From: Blastocladiella emersonii ATCC 22665
Taxonomy: Eukaryota; Fungi; Blastocladiomycota
Direction of reading: 5' to 3'
Assembly: GCA_025594325.1 (NCBI GenBank)
Contig: JANHCV010000010.1
Coordinates: 1,178,001-1,242,000 of the forward strand
DNA length: 64,000 nt
Positions 23,065 to 34,129 of this stretch are shown here, piece after piece; the stretch's first letter is position 1; each line of letters starts with the position of its first letter. A model generated the notes under the pieces. That model worked only from the letters and a program-made list of their open reading frames with translations. It was not told the DNA's origin and searched no databases. A program made the translations under genes and the position numbers.

Positions 23065-24382
23065 TCAAAGACGGGTCCCACGAGCGGCCATGACGCGCCT
23101 GTACTCGGTCCAAAGAACATTTGCGACGCGGTTCCGAAGCGAGATACCGCGCTGACGAGCTCCGTCCAGCGAGGCCTCGAGGACAGCGGCCTCGTCGTCC
23201 TCCTCGTTCTCGTCGTCCAGGGGCTCGCGCCCACGTACTGGCGCCTCACGCGCCGCGTCCCGCGCGCGCCGGAGCTCCGTCTCGGCGTCGCGAAAGAAGG
23301 CGTCGCCGCCTTGGTTCCACTTGTTGATCATGTTGTGCAGCGTGCAGAGCGCGTACACAAGCTTGACTTGAGTCTTGATTGGGTAGGCCGAGCCAATCGA
23401 GAGGACGCGGAACCGCTTCTTGAGCACGCCAAAGATATGCTCAATGGAGTTGCGGAGCGACGCGTGACGCAGATTGAAAAGCTCTTCGCGGTTCTTAACT
23501 CTACGTACGTTGGTGAAGCAGATGAGATGGCGCCAACGTGATGGTCATGGCAGTGAGAACGTACCCATCCTTGCCGCGGGCAAACTCGCGAAGATGATAG
23601 CGGGTACCGCTGAAGGGCACGATGATGGACGTGCGGTTTGCGTAGCCGCCGTCGGCGAGGTAGAAGCGGCCGGCGGGGATCTTGAACCCACGGGCGAAGG
23701 CGTCCGAGAGCACGCGCGAGTCGTGCGCCTTGCCCTCCCACCCTGCGAGAACGTAGGTGAAGTTCAAGTCAAAGTCGCAGGCAGCGAGGACATTTGAGGA
23801 GATGGTCCCCTTGCGGTTTCGGAACGAGTCGTGAAGCTTGGCGGGCACAACAAACGGGATGTGCGTTCCGTCAAGCGCGCCGACCGCGTTCTGGAACGGA
23901 GCGTATTTCGGGTCGTGGGCGATGCGCTCATGCACGGGCGTAGAATCGGACGGCTGGACAATGAACTCGGGCATCAGGCGGTACAGAGCGTCGAGCACCT
24001 GCTTCAGAACCCTGGACGCGGTCTCGCCAGAGATTTGGAACCGCTCCCTGAGGTTGCGGTTGGTGCTGCCCTCGCCGGCCATGACAAGAAAAACCATGAA
24101 GCGCGCCTCGACGGACAGCTCGCGGCCGTCGGTGAGAAGGCCACGGTCGCGGAACAGGCGGCAGATGGCCTTGAAGGTCTCGCGGGGCATACGGGCGATT
24201 CCCGAAAAACGCGTTTTGCTGTTGCACGTCAGCAGCTCTTGAACCCACGACTCGCCAGAAAGCGTGGACGTGCGGATAGGCTCCCACGAGCGGCGCTCGT
24301 TGCGCGCAGCGAGACGTCGCAGGAGAGCGAGGGCGGCCGTGAGCATGAGGCCGCGCAGCTTGCGGTTGTATCCCTTGCCCAT
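23065..24382 (-). CDS. Harbinger/HARBI1-type DDE transposase (417 aa, 2 exons)
   Basis: Exons 24382-23565 and 23500-23065, with intron GTACGT..TAG. Catalytic motifs GALDGTH, YLADGGY and RNSIEHIFGVLKKRF are intact. Confidence 0.95.
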
Positions 24383-26637
24383 GTTGTTTGAGGGCTCGAG
24401 AACACGATGCGTGAGGTTAGGTGTTGATTCGTTGCAATAAGTGCGGCTGCAAAGAGGTGGGAAAGATTTTATTGCGGGGGGGGGGGGGAGGGGCGTTCAT
24501 CCAGCGGGGCGTTTGGTTCGCACGGCCGCTGAGATGAACGGGGGTGAGGTGAAACGTGGCAACTTTTTCAGCTGATCCACCTGATCTGAACCAAACGGAC
24601 CCTAATTTGTCGTCACCCACTGTGACCGAGAGCTCGGCGAGCGAGGAAGGAAGTGCCGAAAGTAGCCGAACCACCTGGTTTGCCGGCACGCCGGAGATGC
24701 GGAGCACATCGAGTTGTGGTAGTGTTCGGGCTGATACCGCACCAATGACCATGCCCGTAATCTCGTTGTTTGTCAGATCAAGCAGGGTGATCGAGTCAGG
24801 AAGAGCTGAAACGATGGCGACCAATAGCGGATGCCCTAGGTGGCACGAGCTGATGTCAAGGTGGGTAAGGCGGGGATCGAGAGCGCACACGCGGCTTCAT
24901 CATCAAGCCGGTTCATTGAGAGATCAAGAGAAGCGAGCGTCGCGGGGAGACGGTCAGTGACAGGCCGAAGCGACAGGTGCTTATCCTTTGGTATGTTGAC
25001 GCCGATGCAGCAAGGAAGAACAAGCGTCTGTAGCGTGCGCGGAAGGGGTAGCGAGGCGAGGAGGCGCGGTAGATATGGTTATGCTTGCTGAATCGGAGGT
25101 CGAGCACCTCGAGTGCCAGCGGAAGCGAGTCTGCAAGCGCACGAGTTTCCTCGGCGCCAAACACGGTGTACGCAACTCGCATTAAAGGGGTCGATTCGAC
25201 GTGCAAATGTTGGTGTTGCTGACATCCAGGGGCAAAAGGAAATTCGGGAGTGTGGGTCCAATGGCCGCGAGACCAGCACCAGAAATAGTGTTGTATCGGA
25301 GATCAAGTCGCTGGAGGACTGGAATAGCTGAAGTCACGACCTGGGCCCAGTCCCCGGCAGCGGCTTCATCAATGCCGCAGCCCGTAAGCGATAGTGATGT
25401 GAGGCTGAGAGGAAGTAGAGACAGCAGAAGCTCAAGGGCACCAGGAAGATCGCTCGAGCTCAGGCTGAGCGACTCGAGTTGTGAAGGCCAAGGAATGGGT
25501 GTAAGGGATCGAGGAGTTCCGGTTTTCCCGTGCCACCGTCCATCAAATGTTGCGAGGGCAACCGTTTCAGGAAGCTTCAGTGCGAGTAGCCGAGCGAGAT
25601 CGAGGGTACAGTCGCGAAAGGCGGCCGAGTGCAGCGCTTGATTTGGCGAGCTCATGGTGGCATAGAGGGTCTCGATTCCAACTAGCGAGGTTGCCTCGTT
25701 GATCAGCTCGAGCTCAGTAATCCGACCGTCTTCAATGTCTGCTTGGACCGATTCTATAGCAGCATCCACGACGGGAGGCTCCCCGAGTCCCTGAGGTGAG
25801 CTCGAGGGAATGAGTGTATGAACCCGCGGGGATGTAGGTTGACAGCGAATAGCATACCAAGTAGTCGCCATCCTCGTCATAGAGTCTGCGGCGGGCGCCA
25901 AGTGCGACACAGGCGGCCAGCTCGAGGTCAGCTTGCTCAATCCAAGCTTCCGCCTCGCTTTGGCACAGCGTCCCCGAGTCGCGCCACCATTTGAGGGACG
26001 ATAAGTGTACGTTGGAGCTTGCATCGACCAATGCGTCCATTGGACAGACTAAAGAGAAGCCGAGTTTGGCCCACTTGGGTCAAGCACGCGTAGCTTACCG
26101 CTCGCGGTAGCTTCACCAAGAGAGAAACTCGGGCAGCAAGTCAAGATGGCCCGTTGCACGCCCGGGATAAGCCCGTGCGGCGCGACGCGGGCATACTGCA
26201 TCAGTCCAGCGACGTCGTCCGGGGCCGGGTGCAGGTCGACCGCTTGGACGAGGATGCGGTCGACGATTCGAGGAGCATAAACCGCATAGAACATGTTGCA
26301 TCAAGTTAACATGAGTTTGAATGCATGTACGTTGCGAAGGGGAGGGGACTGAAGTGGGTCGAGCGAAGCTGGCCGCCGCCGCCTTGGGCGCTGCCTCTCG
26401 CCGTCGCGCCGCTCATAGCGTGGCGCTTCGCGATGCATGTGATAACGCGACGCGTCCCGTCCCACCCAGTCATCGCGGATGCCGCGTCGACGGAGACGTT
26501 CGGTGCGAGACAATCTCGCACGCACATGACCGCGTCGCGACGCGTCGCGTCTCCGTTCCATGCGTGCCAAGCGGCCTGCTAGGCTTCCGCTCCAAACCGT
26601 ACCAAATGTAAGCCTAGGTAACGCCCCACTTGATACA

Positions 26638-29600
26638 ATGAAAATCTATGTCGGCGGCCCACCGAAATCCGGCAAGTCGGCCGTGGCCGCCAAGCTCGCG
26701 GCCGCGCTCAACCACCAGCTCGTCGAGCCGAGCGCCGTCGTCCAGCACATCTTCGACACGCCATCTCACCCGCGACACAATGAAGTACGCACTTGACGTC
26801 CGAGTGGATGAATCGGTCTTGACCTGACCCCCCGCCTTACTAGCTGCGCACCCTGCTCAGGTCGGGCGCCGGGATCCCGTCGGCCACCGTCCTCGAACTC
26901 GTGCGCGACGCGAGCGCGGGGACCAACGAGTCAGCTGCGTTCCGTGGCATCGTGGTCGAGCTCCCATCCTCGCCTAGCGATGCGGCAGCGCTGCACGACC
27001 ACCTCGTCGCCACCGCCTCGTCGGCGCTCAGCGAGTCCATGCTCGTCAACCTGTGCATCGCCGACGAGGACCTCGCCGCGCGCACGTCCGAGCTCATGCT
27101 CGATCCCATCACGGGCGCCACGTACGACCGTTACACAATCGAGCGCGCCCGAGCAGCGGCTGCAGCCGCGGACGAGGCTGCTGCGCGCGGCAACGGCGAG
27201 GACGGCGAGGGAGAAGGAGATGACGGCGGCGGCCGTGGAGACGACGGACAAGGTGGGGGTGACGGAGAGGACGGCGAGGGCGAGGAGGGAAAAGACGCCC
27301 TCGAAGAGCACGAGGAGCCGCTCGTCGCGCAGGTCGCCAACATCGTCGTCGACTACCCCGCGCCGCCGCTGGCCAAGATCGTACTCGATCGGTACTTCAG
27401 CCAGGGCTTCCGCATCGCCAATTAGCTAACCCACCAATCTCGTCTAGGCTCGTTCCGTACAAGTGGGAGCAGATCGACTGGTCCTCGGCCACCGTAGACG
27501 CTCTGGGCCAGCTCCTCCCCGCGTGTCACCAGCTGCACCTCGACGCGACGCTCGCGCCCGACACGCTCCTCGCGCAGATCAAGTCGTACATGACGTACCA
27601 GCGCAAATGGTGGCCGACGGTGCTCCCCGAGGCCATCGTCGGAGACACGCTCGAGGCGCTGTGCGCGGCCAACCTCGGCGAGGACCTGCCGCGCCGCTCG
27701 CTCAGCGAGTGGCAGAGCAACTGTCCCGTCACGCGCAAGGAGGCCGGGACGCTGGTCGAAGGCTCGGTCAAGTTTGCCGTCGCGTACAAGGTACCGAATC
27801 TCGTTGTGCCGCTCACATGCTGATGCTGACACGATACTGTCATGTAGGACCACGTCTACCTTACTGCCTCGGCGGAAGCGCAACAGAAGCTGCTCGACTG
27901 CCCGACCAAGTTCATCGGCTCGCGGCCGACGCTCAAGGAGATGCGCGTCGCCGTTCTCGGTGCGCCCGGGTGCGGCAAGACGGAGCTCGTCAAGCGCCTC
28001 GCCGAGTACTACGGGTACCCGGTCGTGGACATGGCGGACGCGCTGCAGTCGATGCTCGCTCCGCCATCCGCGACTACCGAGCACCCTGACGCGCTCGTCC
28101 GGCTTGCGAGCAAGAAGATGCGGTCCGGCAAGGCGCTGCCCGGCGACTTGCTTGCTGAGCTGCTCAAGAACCAGATCGCGGCGCTTGCACCGGCACCCGA
28201 CGCTCCGCCGCCCGCAGCGTGGATCCTCGACGCGTTCCCGCTGACGCGCGAGGCCGCGGCCAAGATGGTCGAGCTCAAGGTCCTCCCGACGCACGTCGTC
28301 GTGCTCAAGGCCAGTGCCTCGGCTCCAGTTGCGTCGTCCTCGAACCTGACCGAGTCCGAAGCGACCCCGGTCGGCGCCGGCGTGCTGGACCCGGCCCTCA
28401 TTGCGACGCAGTTCTCCGAGGAGCTCGCCGAGGTGACGCTCACGTTCCAGGAGGCCGACGTCAAGGTGACGACGCTCGAGCAGCAGGCGACGCCGAACCT
28501 CACGTTCGCGGCGCTGCGCCAAGCCATCGACCCGTTCGCGCCCAAGGCCGAGCGGCTGTCGGGCAATCTGTTCGAGTTTGGCCGGTGCTACGACTACTGC
28601 CCCGTCACGCTCGTGTCGCGCAAGATGCTGCGCAAGGGCGACGCGCAGTTTGCCGCGCAGTACCTGGTACGACTCGAGTGGTGCTGGCCTAGAAGACGAG
28701 CTGACTGTGGCGACTGCGAGTGTAGGGTAAGATGTACTACTTTGTCAGCGAGGAGTGCCGCACCTCGTTCCTGCAGGACCCGACTTCGTTCCTCGACAAC
28801 TACCAGCTCCCGCCGCCGCGGCTCTTTTTCCTCGGGCCGCAGGGAACCGGCAAGGTACAGCTTGACTCGAAATTGACCCACGAACCGACTTACGCTCACC
28901 CTGATCCCACGCCTGTAGTCGACCATCGCCGCCGCCCTCGCTAGCGCGCACGGCCCGATCCCAATCGTGTTCAGCGAGTACCTGCGCGACCTGCGCGTGC
29001 GAGACCGCGAGCTCGAGGACTTGCCCGACGCGTCCGTCGCCACGCTGTCGGGCGCAATTCTGGACAAGGTGCTCGGTCCGCTGTTCCGCGACGAGCCGTA
29101 CGCGTCGCGCGGGTTCGTGCTCGAGGGCTTCCCGCGGACGCAGGCCGAGGCCGAGGCCGTCATGGCGTCGGGCTGGTTCCCGGACGCGTTCGTCATGTTC
29201 CAGATGGCCGTGGAGCCGCTGGTCGAGCGCCTAATCCCGATCGTGCTCAAGGACAACCCGCACCTCGAGTCGCTGCAACGCGAGCACGCCGAGAACGACG
29301 AGGATAACCCGATCGAGACGCTCAAGCAGGACCTGACGGCGGCGTACGTTTACCGCGCATGTGCATCCTGACGACGACGAAACTGACGGCGGGGCTCGGC
29401 GAGTGTAGGGCAGAGAAAGAGTACGCGGAAATGGAGCTCATCAGCGAATGGCTCGAGAGCTCGACCATGCCGCACGTCAAGGTCAACTCGGCCAAGAGCG
29501 TGCGCGTCATGACGGCGCAGGTCTTCTCCAAGCTCGCGTTCGCGCTCGGGCAGCGGCGCGACATTCTCGACCGCGGCCGCGCGCTGACGCCAGCGCAGGC

Positions 29601-31562
29601 CGAGGAGATGGTCAAGCTCGGGCTCAAGTCGCCGAGCTTGTTTGGGTACGATCTTCGCGCGCTAGTACACCATCTCGAGCCGCCGACTCACAGCCGCGCG
29701 CGTGCGCGCGAGTGTAGCCGGTTCTGCCCAGTCACGCTGGCCGAGACCAGGTTCATGGGCGCGCACTGCGAGGGCTCACTGCCGTACATGCTGCACGACC
29801 ACATTTACTGGCTCAAGACGAAGCGCAAGCTGCAGGTCCGGTCACCATCCACAACGCTCTCGGCGACCGCCACTCACACCTTGTACGGATCATGTAGAAG
29901 TTCAAGACGACGCCGAGCGAGTACACGACAAGCCCGCACCTCGGCGCGTACACGCCGCTGCGCATTCTAGTCACGGGCGGCCCGCTCTCGGGCAAGTCAA
30001 CCCTGGCGAGCGAGCTGTCGGCGGCGCTCGGCCTACCTATCGTCCAGTTCGGCACCCTGCTCGAACAGCTCTTGGCCACGTACGGCGACGCGAGCGCACC
30101 AGGCACCCCGCCGCTTGCGCTCGTGCAGTCGATCCGGGCGCGGCTGCACCATGGTGGCGCTATGGGCGGGGCCGAGACCTCGACGCTGCTGCGCGACGTG
30201 ATCCAGCGGCGCCTCGTCCTCGGGTGCATTCTCGACGACGTGCCACCCGCGGCCATGCCGCCGGACCTGGTCCTGGCGTGCGAGCTCAACCTGCCGCGGA
30301 CGCTGGCGCGCGTTAAGGCCGCGCCGCTGCCGTTCCCGGACATTGTGCGGGCGGGCCACGAGCACTTTGCCGCGCACGTCGACGCCGCGGTCCTCGCGCC
30401 GTGGACGCGCGAGGTCGACTGCGTCGACCGGCTGCCGGCAGAGCAGTCCAAGTGGTACGTCAAGTCGGTCGCGCTGGCGGCAGTCCACGCGGCGGCGATG
30501 CGCGCCAGCGCGCTCGTCGTCGGCCGTGTCGCGGGCGTGCCCGTCCCGGTGTACCGCGCGGGGCTCAACAAGCTGACGACGCCGCTCGGCCCTGCGCGCG
30601 AGTACTGCCCCGTGTCGCTCGCGTCGCCGACGCGCCAGTTCGACGTGTGCCCCGCGACGTGGGAGCACGCAGTGTGGTACCGCGGCAAGGTGTACCAGAC
30701 ATGCAGCGCGGGGCACGCGCGGGCGTTTGTTGCGGACCCCAACCGGTTCGCGAGCGTCGCGTACCCGGATGACGCGCCCGTGCACATTGCGCCCGAGCTC
30801 GTGCGGCAGGCATTCCCGAAAAAGTTTGAGTTCCTCGGGTACTGCCCCGTGCGCCTGCTGCGCGACCGCGGGCACGTCGACGGCGTCATGGAGTGTGCGG
30901 TCCAGTACGGCGGGAAGCTGTACGCCATGGCGGACGAGGCGGCGATGCACGAGTTCATGCGGTACGTCGTCGAGTTCGCGCCGATGCTGGTCCAGTACTG
31001 ACACGTCGATTGCATAGGACCCCGGACCCGTTCGTGCACCAGAAGCTGCTCAAGAAGCTCCCGCCACGCGTGGCGCCGGTCCCGCTGGCGTCGCTGCCGG
31101 CCAACGTGTTCCTCGAGAAGACCATGCAGAAGACCATCACGGCCGCACTCGACCGCGTCGGCACAGTCCGGCCCAAGTTCCCGTTTATGTCCATGACTGC
31201 GTCGGCGCTGCTCTACATTGCGCTCACGCTCAAGGGTACGTTTAACGACGGTAGATCACGGAAGCGCAGCCTAACCATGGTTTCCGTACGTAGCCCAAAA
31301 TCCGAGCTTCCGCGACCACGTCCGCCGCAAGTGGCAGCAGCAGCTCGACCAGGCGTCGCAAAAGGCCGAGCTGGTCCAGTTCCTGGCCAAGGAGATGCAG
31401 CCGACAGCGGCTCCAGCGACAAGCGGCACCAGCAAGGTCATGACCAAGCGCGACAGCGGCAGCTACCTGGAGCCGCGCAAGCGGCACCCGGAACTTGACA
31501 ACAAGCTGGCCACCTTTTTCGAGCATCAGCGGGGGGTTGGGATTGGGCGGACGGCAGTTTGA
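26638..31562 (+). CDS. AK9: Adenylate kinase 9-like multidomain protein (multi-exon, flagellar-type)
   Basis: Four P-loops (GPPKSGKS, GAPGCGKT, GPQGTGK, GGPLSGKS) and several YHS-like [YF]CPV units. AK9-type C-terminus RPKFPFMSMTASALLYIALTLKA. Many short introns; stop TGA at 31560-31562. Individual exon boundaries are only partly resolved. Confidence 0.85.
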
Positions 31563-34129
31563 CGAGGAACTGAAACACATTGTATTTGTCACCTTGCCCA
31601 TGACGCGCCTGGATTGCTTCGTGGCGCAACGCGTCATTGGCGAGCTGAGCTAAGAAGAACGGAGCAAGGTACGGTACACACGAGAAATGATAGAGCGTTG
31701 CATCGACATTGCAAGCAATCGTCAGGATCAAATAACCTCAAAGACTTCGAAATGTCCCTTCGTGCAGCGCCGATGAAGCTCGACTAACGCGCTGCCAAGT
31801 TCATCAGCCCTGAACCTGAACTTCAGCAATCCCTCGCGCGGAAGCCCAAGGTTGAGAAGGAGCATGAAACCAACGTTGCTAAAGTCGTTGCGGTCGAGAG
31901 AGACCGTGTAGATTGTTCGTGGCAGACGAGAAAAGAAAAGCCCGGCCGTCTTGTCCGTCAGTGAACAGTCAGAGAACTGGATCGCGGTGAGCGAAGCCGG
32001 AGCAACCTCGAGCAGAGTCTTGACACAATCGTCATCGACGCAAGTTGCCGAAATATCAATGCGCTCGATCGACGGGCCGACCAACATGGGAAGAAGCCGT
32101 TGAACATTCGAGCTCGAGTCGAACGGAAATGCGTTCAAATCCAACTCTTTGAGGGCCGGAAAGGCATGTGGTACCGGACGTTCCGCAGCGACTTCCAACA
32201 TGGACAAGTCAATGGCAGGGGCATTGAAAAAGCGATTCGCTCCGCCGAATCGAAGCCGCTTGAGCGACGGACGCACGCGATTGGCCAGGGCAATCAAGGC
32301 GAGCTCGTTTACATCCAAGAATTCGAGATCAAGTTCCTCCACCGAGTCAGGGAGGCATTGACAAAGTACTTGGATGCCATGGACGCCGATGTCGGAATTA
32401 TTGCTGAGGTGCAAGGTCACCAAGCCTTGGGGCAGTCGTTCGCCTAGCGCCATTGCTCCGTCCGAAGCAATCGAGTTCTCTTTCAAATCAAGGTACGTGA
32501 GACTTAGCGGTAGGGCACGCGAAAGTTCAAAAACAGCACGATCATCCAAGTCGCAACTGGAGAGTGTCAACCATGTGAGGGCGGGAGGAAGGCCGCGGGC
32601 AAGGTGCGTGACGCACTCAGCATTGAGTGCGCAATGGTCGAGGTACAGCATGGTCAAACTGCACGGCAGATGGCCAAGGTTGGGAGCAAAGTGTGGCAAA
32701 GTCAAGTCCTCGTTGAATAGGCCAAGCGCGTTGAGCTGCGCAGGCAGCCTGAGTGCTGCGTCTGGCGGGCAGTTGTAGGCAATACGGTTGCCCTGCAGAT
32801 GAAGTGAACCGAGCGATGACGGGAGCTTGAGCGCACTGAGCCGGGTGAAGTTGAGATCGACTTTGAGGAAATTGATAGAACGGACACTCGAGGAAGCAGG
32901 ATCGTTGTTAAACTCGGTGATGGCCTTGGAGGAGATACGTCGGTTTGCGATCCAAATAGGTTTCCCTGAGCGCTTGAGAATATTCAAAAGCTTTGCGTCG
33001 CCAGCCGCGACCTTGGCGCCTGTTACTGCCCCAGCGCGAGCATACTCGCGAAACTGGCGGGCCTCGTCCAAGTTGCCGTCACGCTCTGCGTCATTGGCTG
33101 CTACTTCCCAGTCGTCTTGAATGGTTTGCGGGACGCCCAGTAGCACAGCAGCCCACATTGGAAGCTCGCTGTATGTAAGCGGCAATCCAGAGTCACGCCA
33201 AAACTCCAAGACTTCGTAGCAACGATGTTGAACAGCGAGATCCAGAGCAGCCTCAGTGCACTCGATGGCAAGACCGTGAGCTACTCGGTAGCGAAGGAGA
33301 TCCGATTTCCTGTTTGCGCTGGCATTGTGAACTGAGAAGGCCAAAACTCGCTGCCGCACAGCGCTGTGGACGCTGGGGAGGTGAGCGCGGGGAGCGACCC
33401 GCAAGTATGGCAAAACTGAGGCGAGATCGAAGCCCGCCTCGTCGCGGTTGTGAAGCTGGATGGCCGCAACGAGAATCTGGTCAAGAAGCTCCGGTGGCAG
33501 CATAGGTTTGTGTTGATGATCCACAGAGTTGCGAGGGTGTCCAACAATATCAATGCAATAAGCTATTCATTCGCCAACATCGAGTGGCAGGGCGTAGAGG
33601 GAAGCAGAGGGAGAAAAGCGGCTCAACGCGCTTGTCGCCCGAGCCAGCCGAGGCTGTTCGTCCGATCCTGTGACGGCACAGAAACACGTGTATCCTGGAC
33701 GTTTCGTAGGTCTACACTCACTAGCCGCCACACCAGCTGACCCTGTATTTACGACCTGCCGTGTGTTTCCTGGACGCTGGCTTGCGGCGCTGCCTGTCAC
33801 GCAAATCAACAGCTGCTCCGCCAGCCTTTCACCCCTTCGCCGCGCGCACGGCGGTCCTTGGCGACCACGACGACCACGGCGGCGCTGCTGCGAAGGAACG
33901 CTAGCACTCACACCCGTGGAAAATAAATACTCGCTACTCGATGCATCGTCCGCTGCTGCAGTCCCTCGTCCCGCCCGCTGAGCGTTGAGCGCCCAGACGG
34001 CCGAACGCCCCCGCCGCAACGCTCGCTGCCCGCTGACCGTGCCCCTCGCACGCTGGCTGGCTCGTCCAACGTCGCGCTTGGCGCGTTGAGGTCGACGCCC
34101 GTCGTGTGCCGCCGCCGACGCCGCCCGTC
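30514..34129. repeat. Left arm of a 3616-bp inverted duplication (AK9 3' end, LRR-6 and upstream region)
   Basis: Reverse complement of 38492-47403 once the 5291-bp LTR element and 5-bp TSD are removed (8912-5296=3616). ORF translations of the two arms are identical where compared. Confidence 0.95.
31728..33524 (-). CDS. LRR-6: subfamily C LRR protein, intronless (598 aa)
   Basis: MLPPELLDQIL N-terminus, ankyrin-like RYRVAHGL..VLEFWRDSGLPL segment and about 11 LRRs. Confidence 0.88.
   Translation of the reverse strand: MDHQHKPMLPPELLDQILVAAIQLHNRDEAGFDLASVLPYLRVAPRAHLPSVHSAVRQRVLAFSVHNASANRKSDLLRYRVAHGLAIECTEAALDLAVQHRCYEVLEFWRDSGLPLTYSELPMWAAVLLGVPQTIQDDWEVAANDAERDGNLDEARQFREYARAGAVTGAKVAAGDAKLLNILKRSGKPIWIANRRISSKAITEFNNDPASSSVRSINFLKVDLNFTRLSALKLPSSLGSLHLQGNRIAYNCPPDAALRLPAQLNALGLFNEDLTLPHFAPNLGHLPCSLTMLYLDHCALNAECVTHLARGLPPALTWLTLSSCDLDDRAVFELSRALPLSLTYLDLKENSIASDGAMALGERLPQGLVTLHLSNNSDIGVHGIQVLCQCLPDSVEELDLEFLDVNELALIALANRVRPSLKRLRFGGANRFFNAPAIDLSMLEVAAERPVPHAFPALKELDLNAFPFDSSSNVQRLLPMLVGPSIERIDISATCVDDDCVKTLLEVAPASLTAIQFSDCSLTDKTAGLFFSRLPRTIYTVSLDRNDFSNVGFMLLLNLGLPREGLLKFRFRADELGSALVELHRRCTKGHFEVFEVI

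Larger units (their letters stand above)
21353..24602. mobile_element. PIF/Harbinger DNA transposon (3250 bp)
   Basis: 15-bp TIRs GGGCCCGTTTGGTTC (21353-21367) and GAACCAAACGGACCC (24588-24602; 1 mismatch). TAA TSD at 21350-21352 and 24603-24605. Encodes a DDE transposase and a Myb/SANT-like ORF in convergent orientation. Confidence 0.96.
20811..26294 (-). pseudogene. LRR-5: subfamily B LRR pseudogene, split by a PIF/Harbinger element and carrying several frameshifts
   Basis: Starts MFYAVYAPRIVDRIL (LRR-3 paralog) with a conserved intron at 25857-25791. Frameshifts at about 26070, 25200-24900 and 20885. Removing 21353-24602 plus one TAA gives in-frame ...VTVGDDKL|GKLGQAPAVLREL.... Confidence 0.85.

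Noticed and set aside
24476-24493. Poly-G tract as a functional G-quadruplex in the transposase promoter
   Set aside because: It is a simple homopolymer run, prone to sequencing error, with no supporting evidence.
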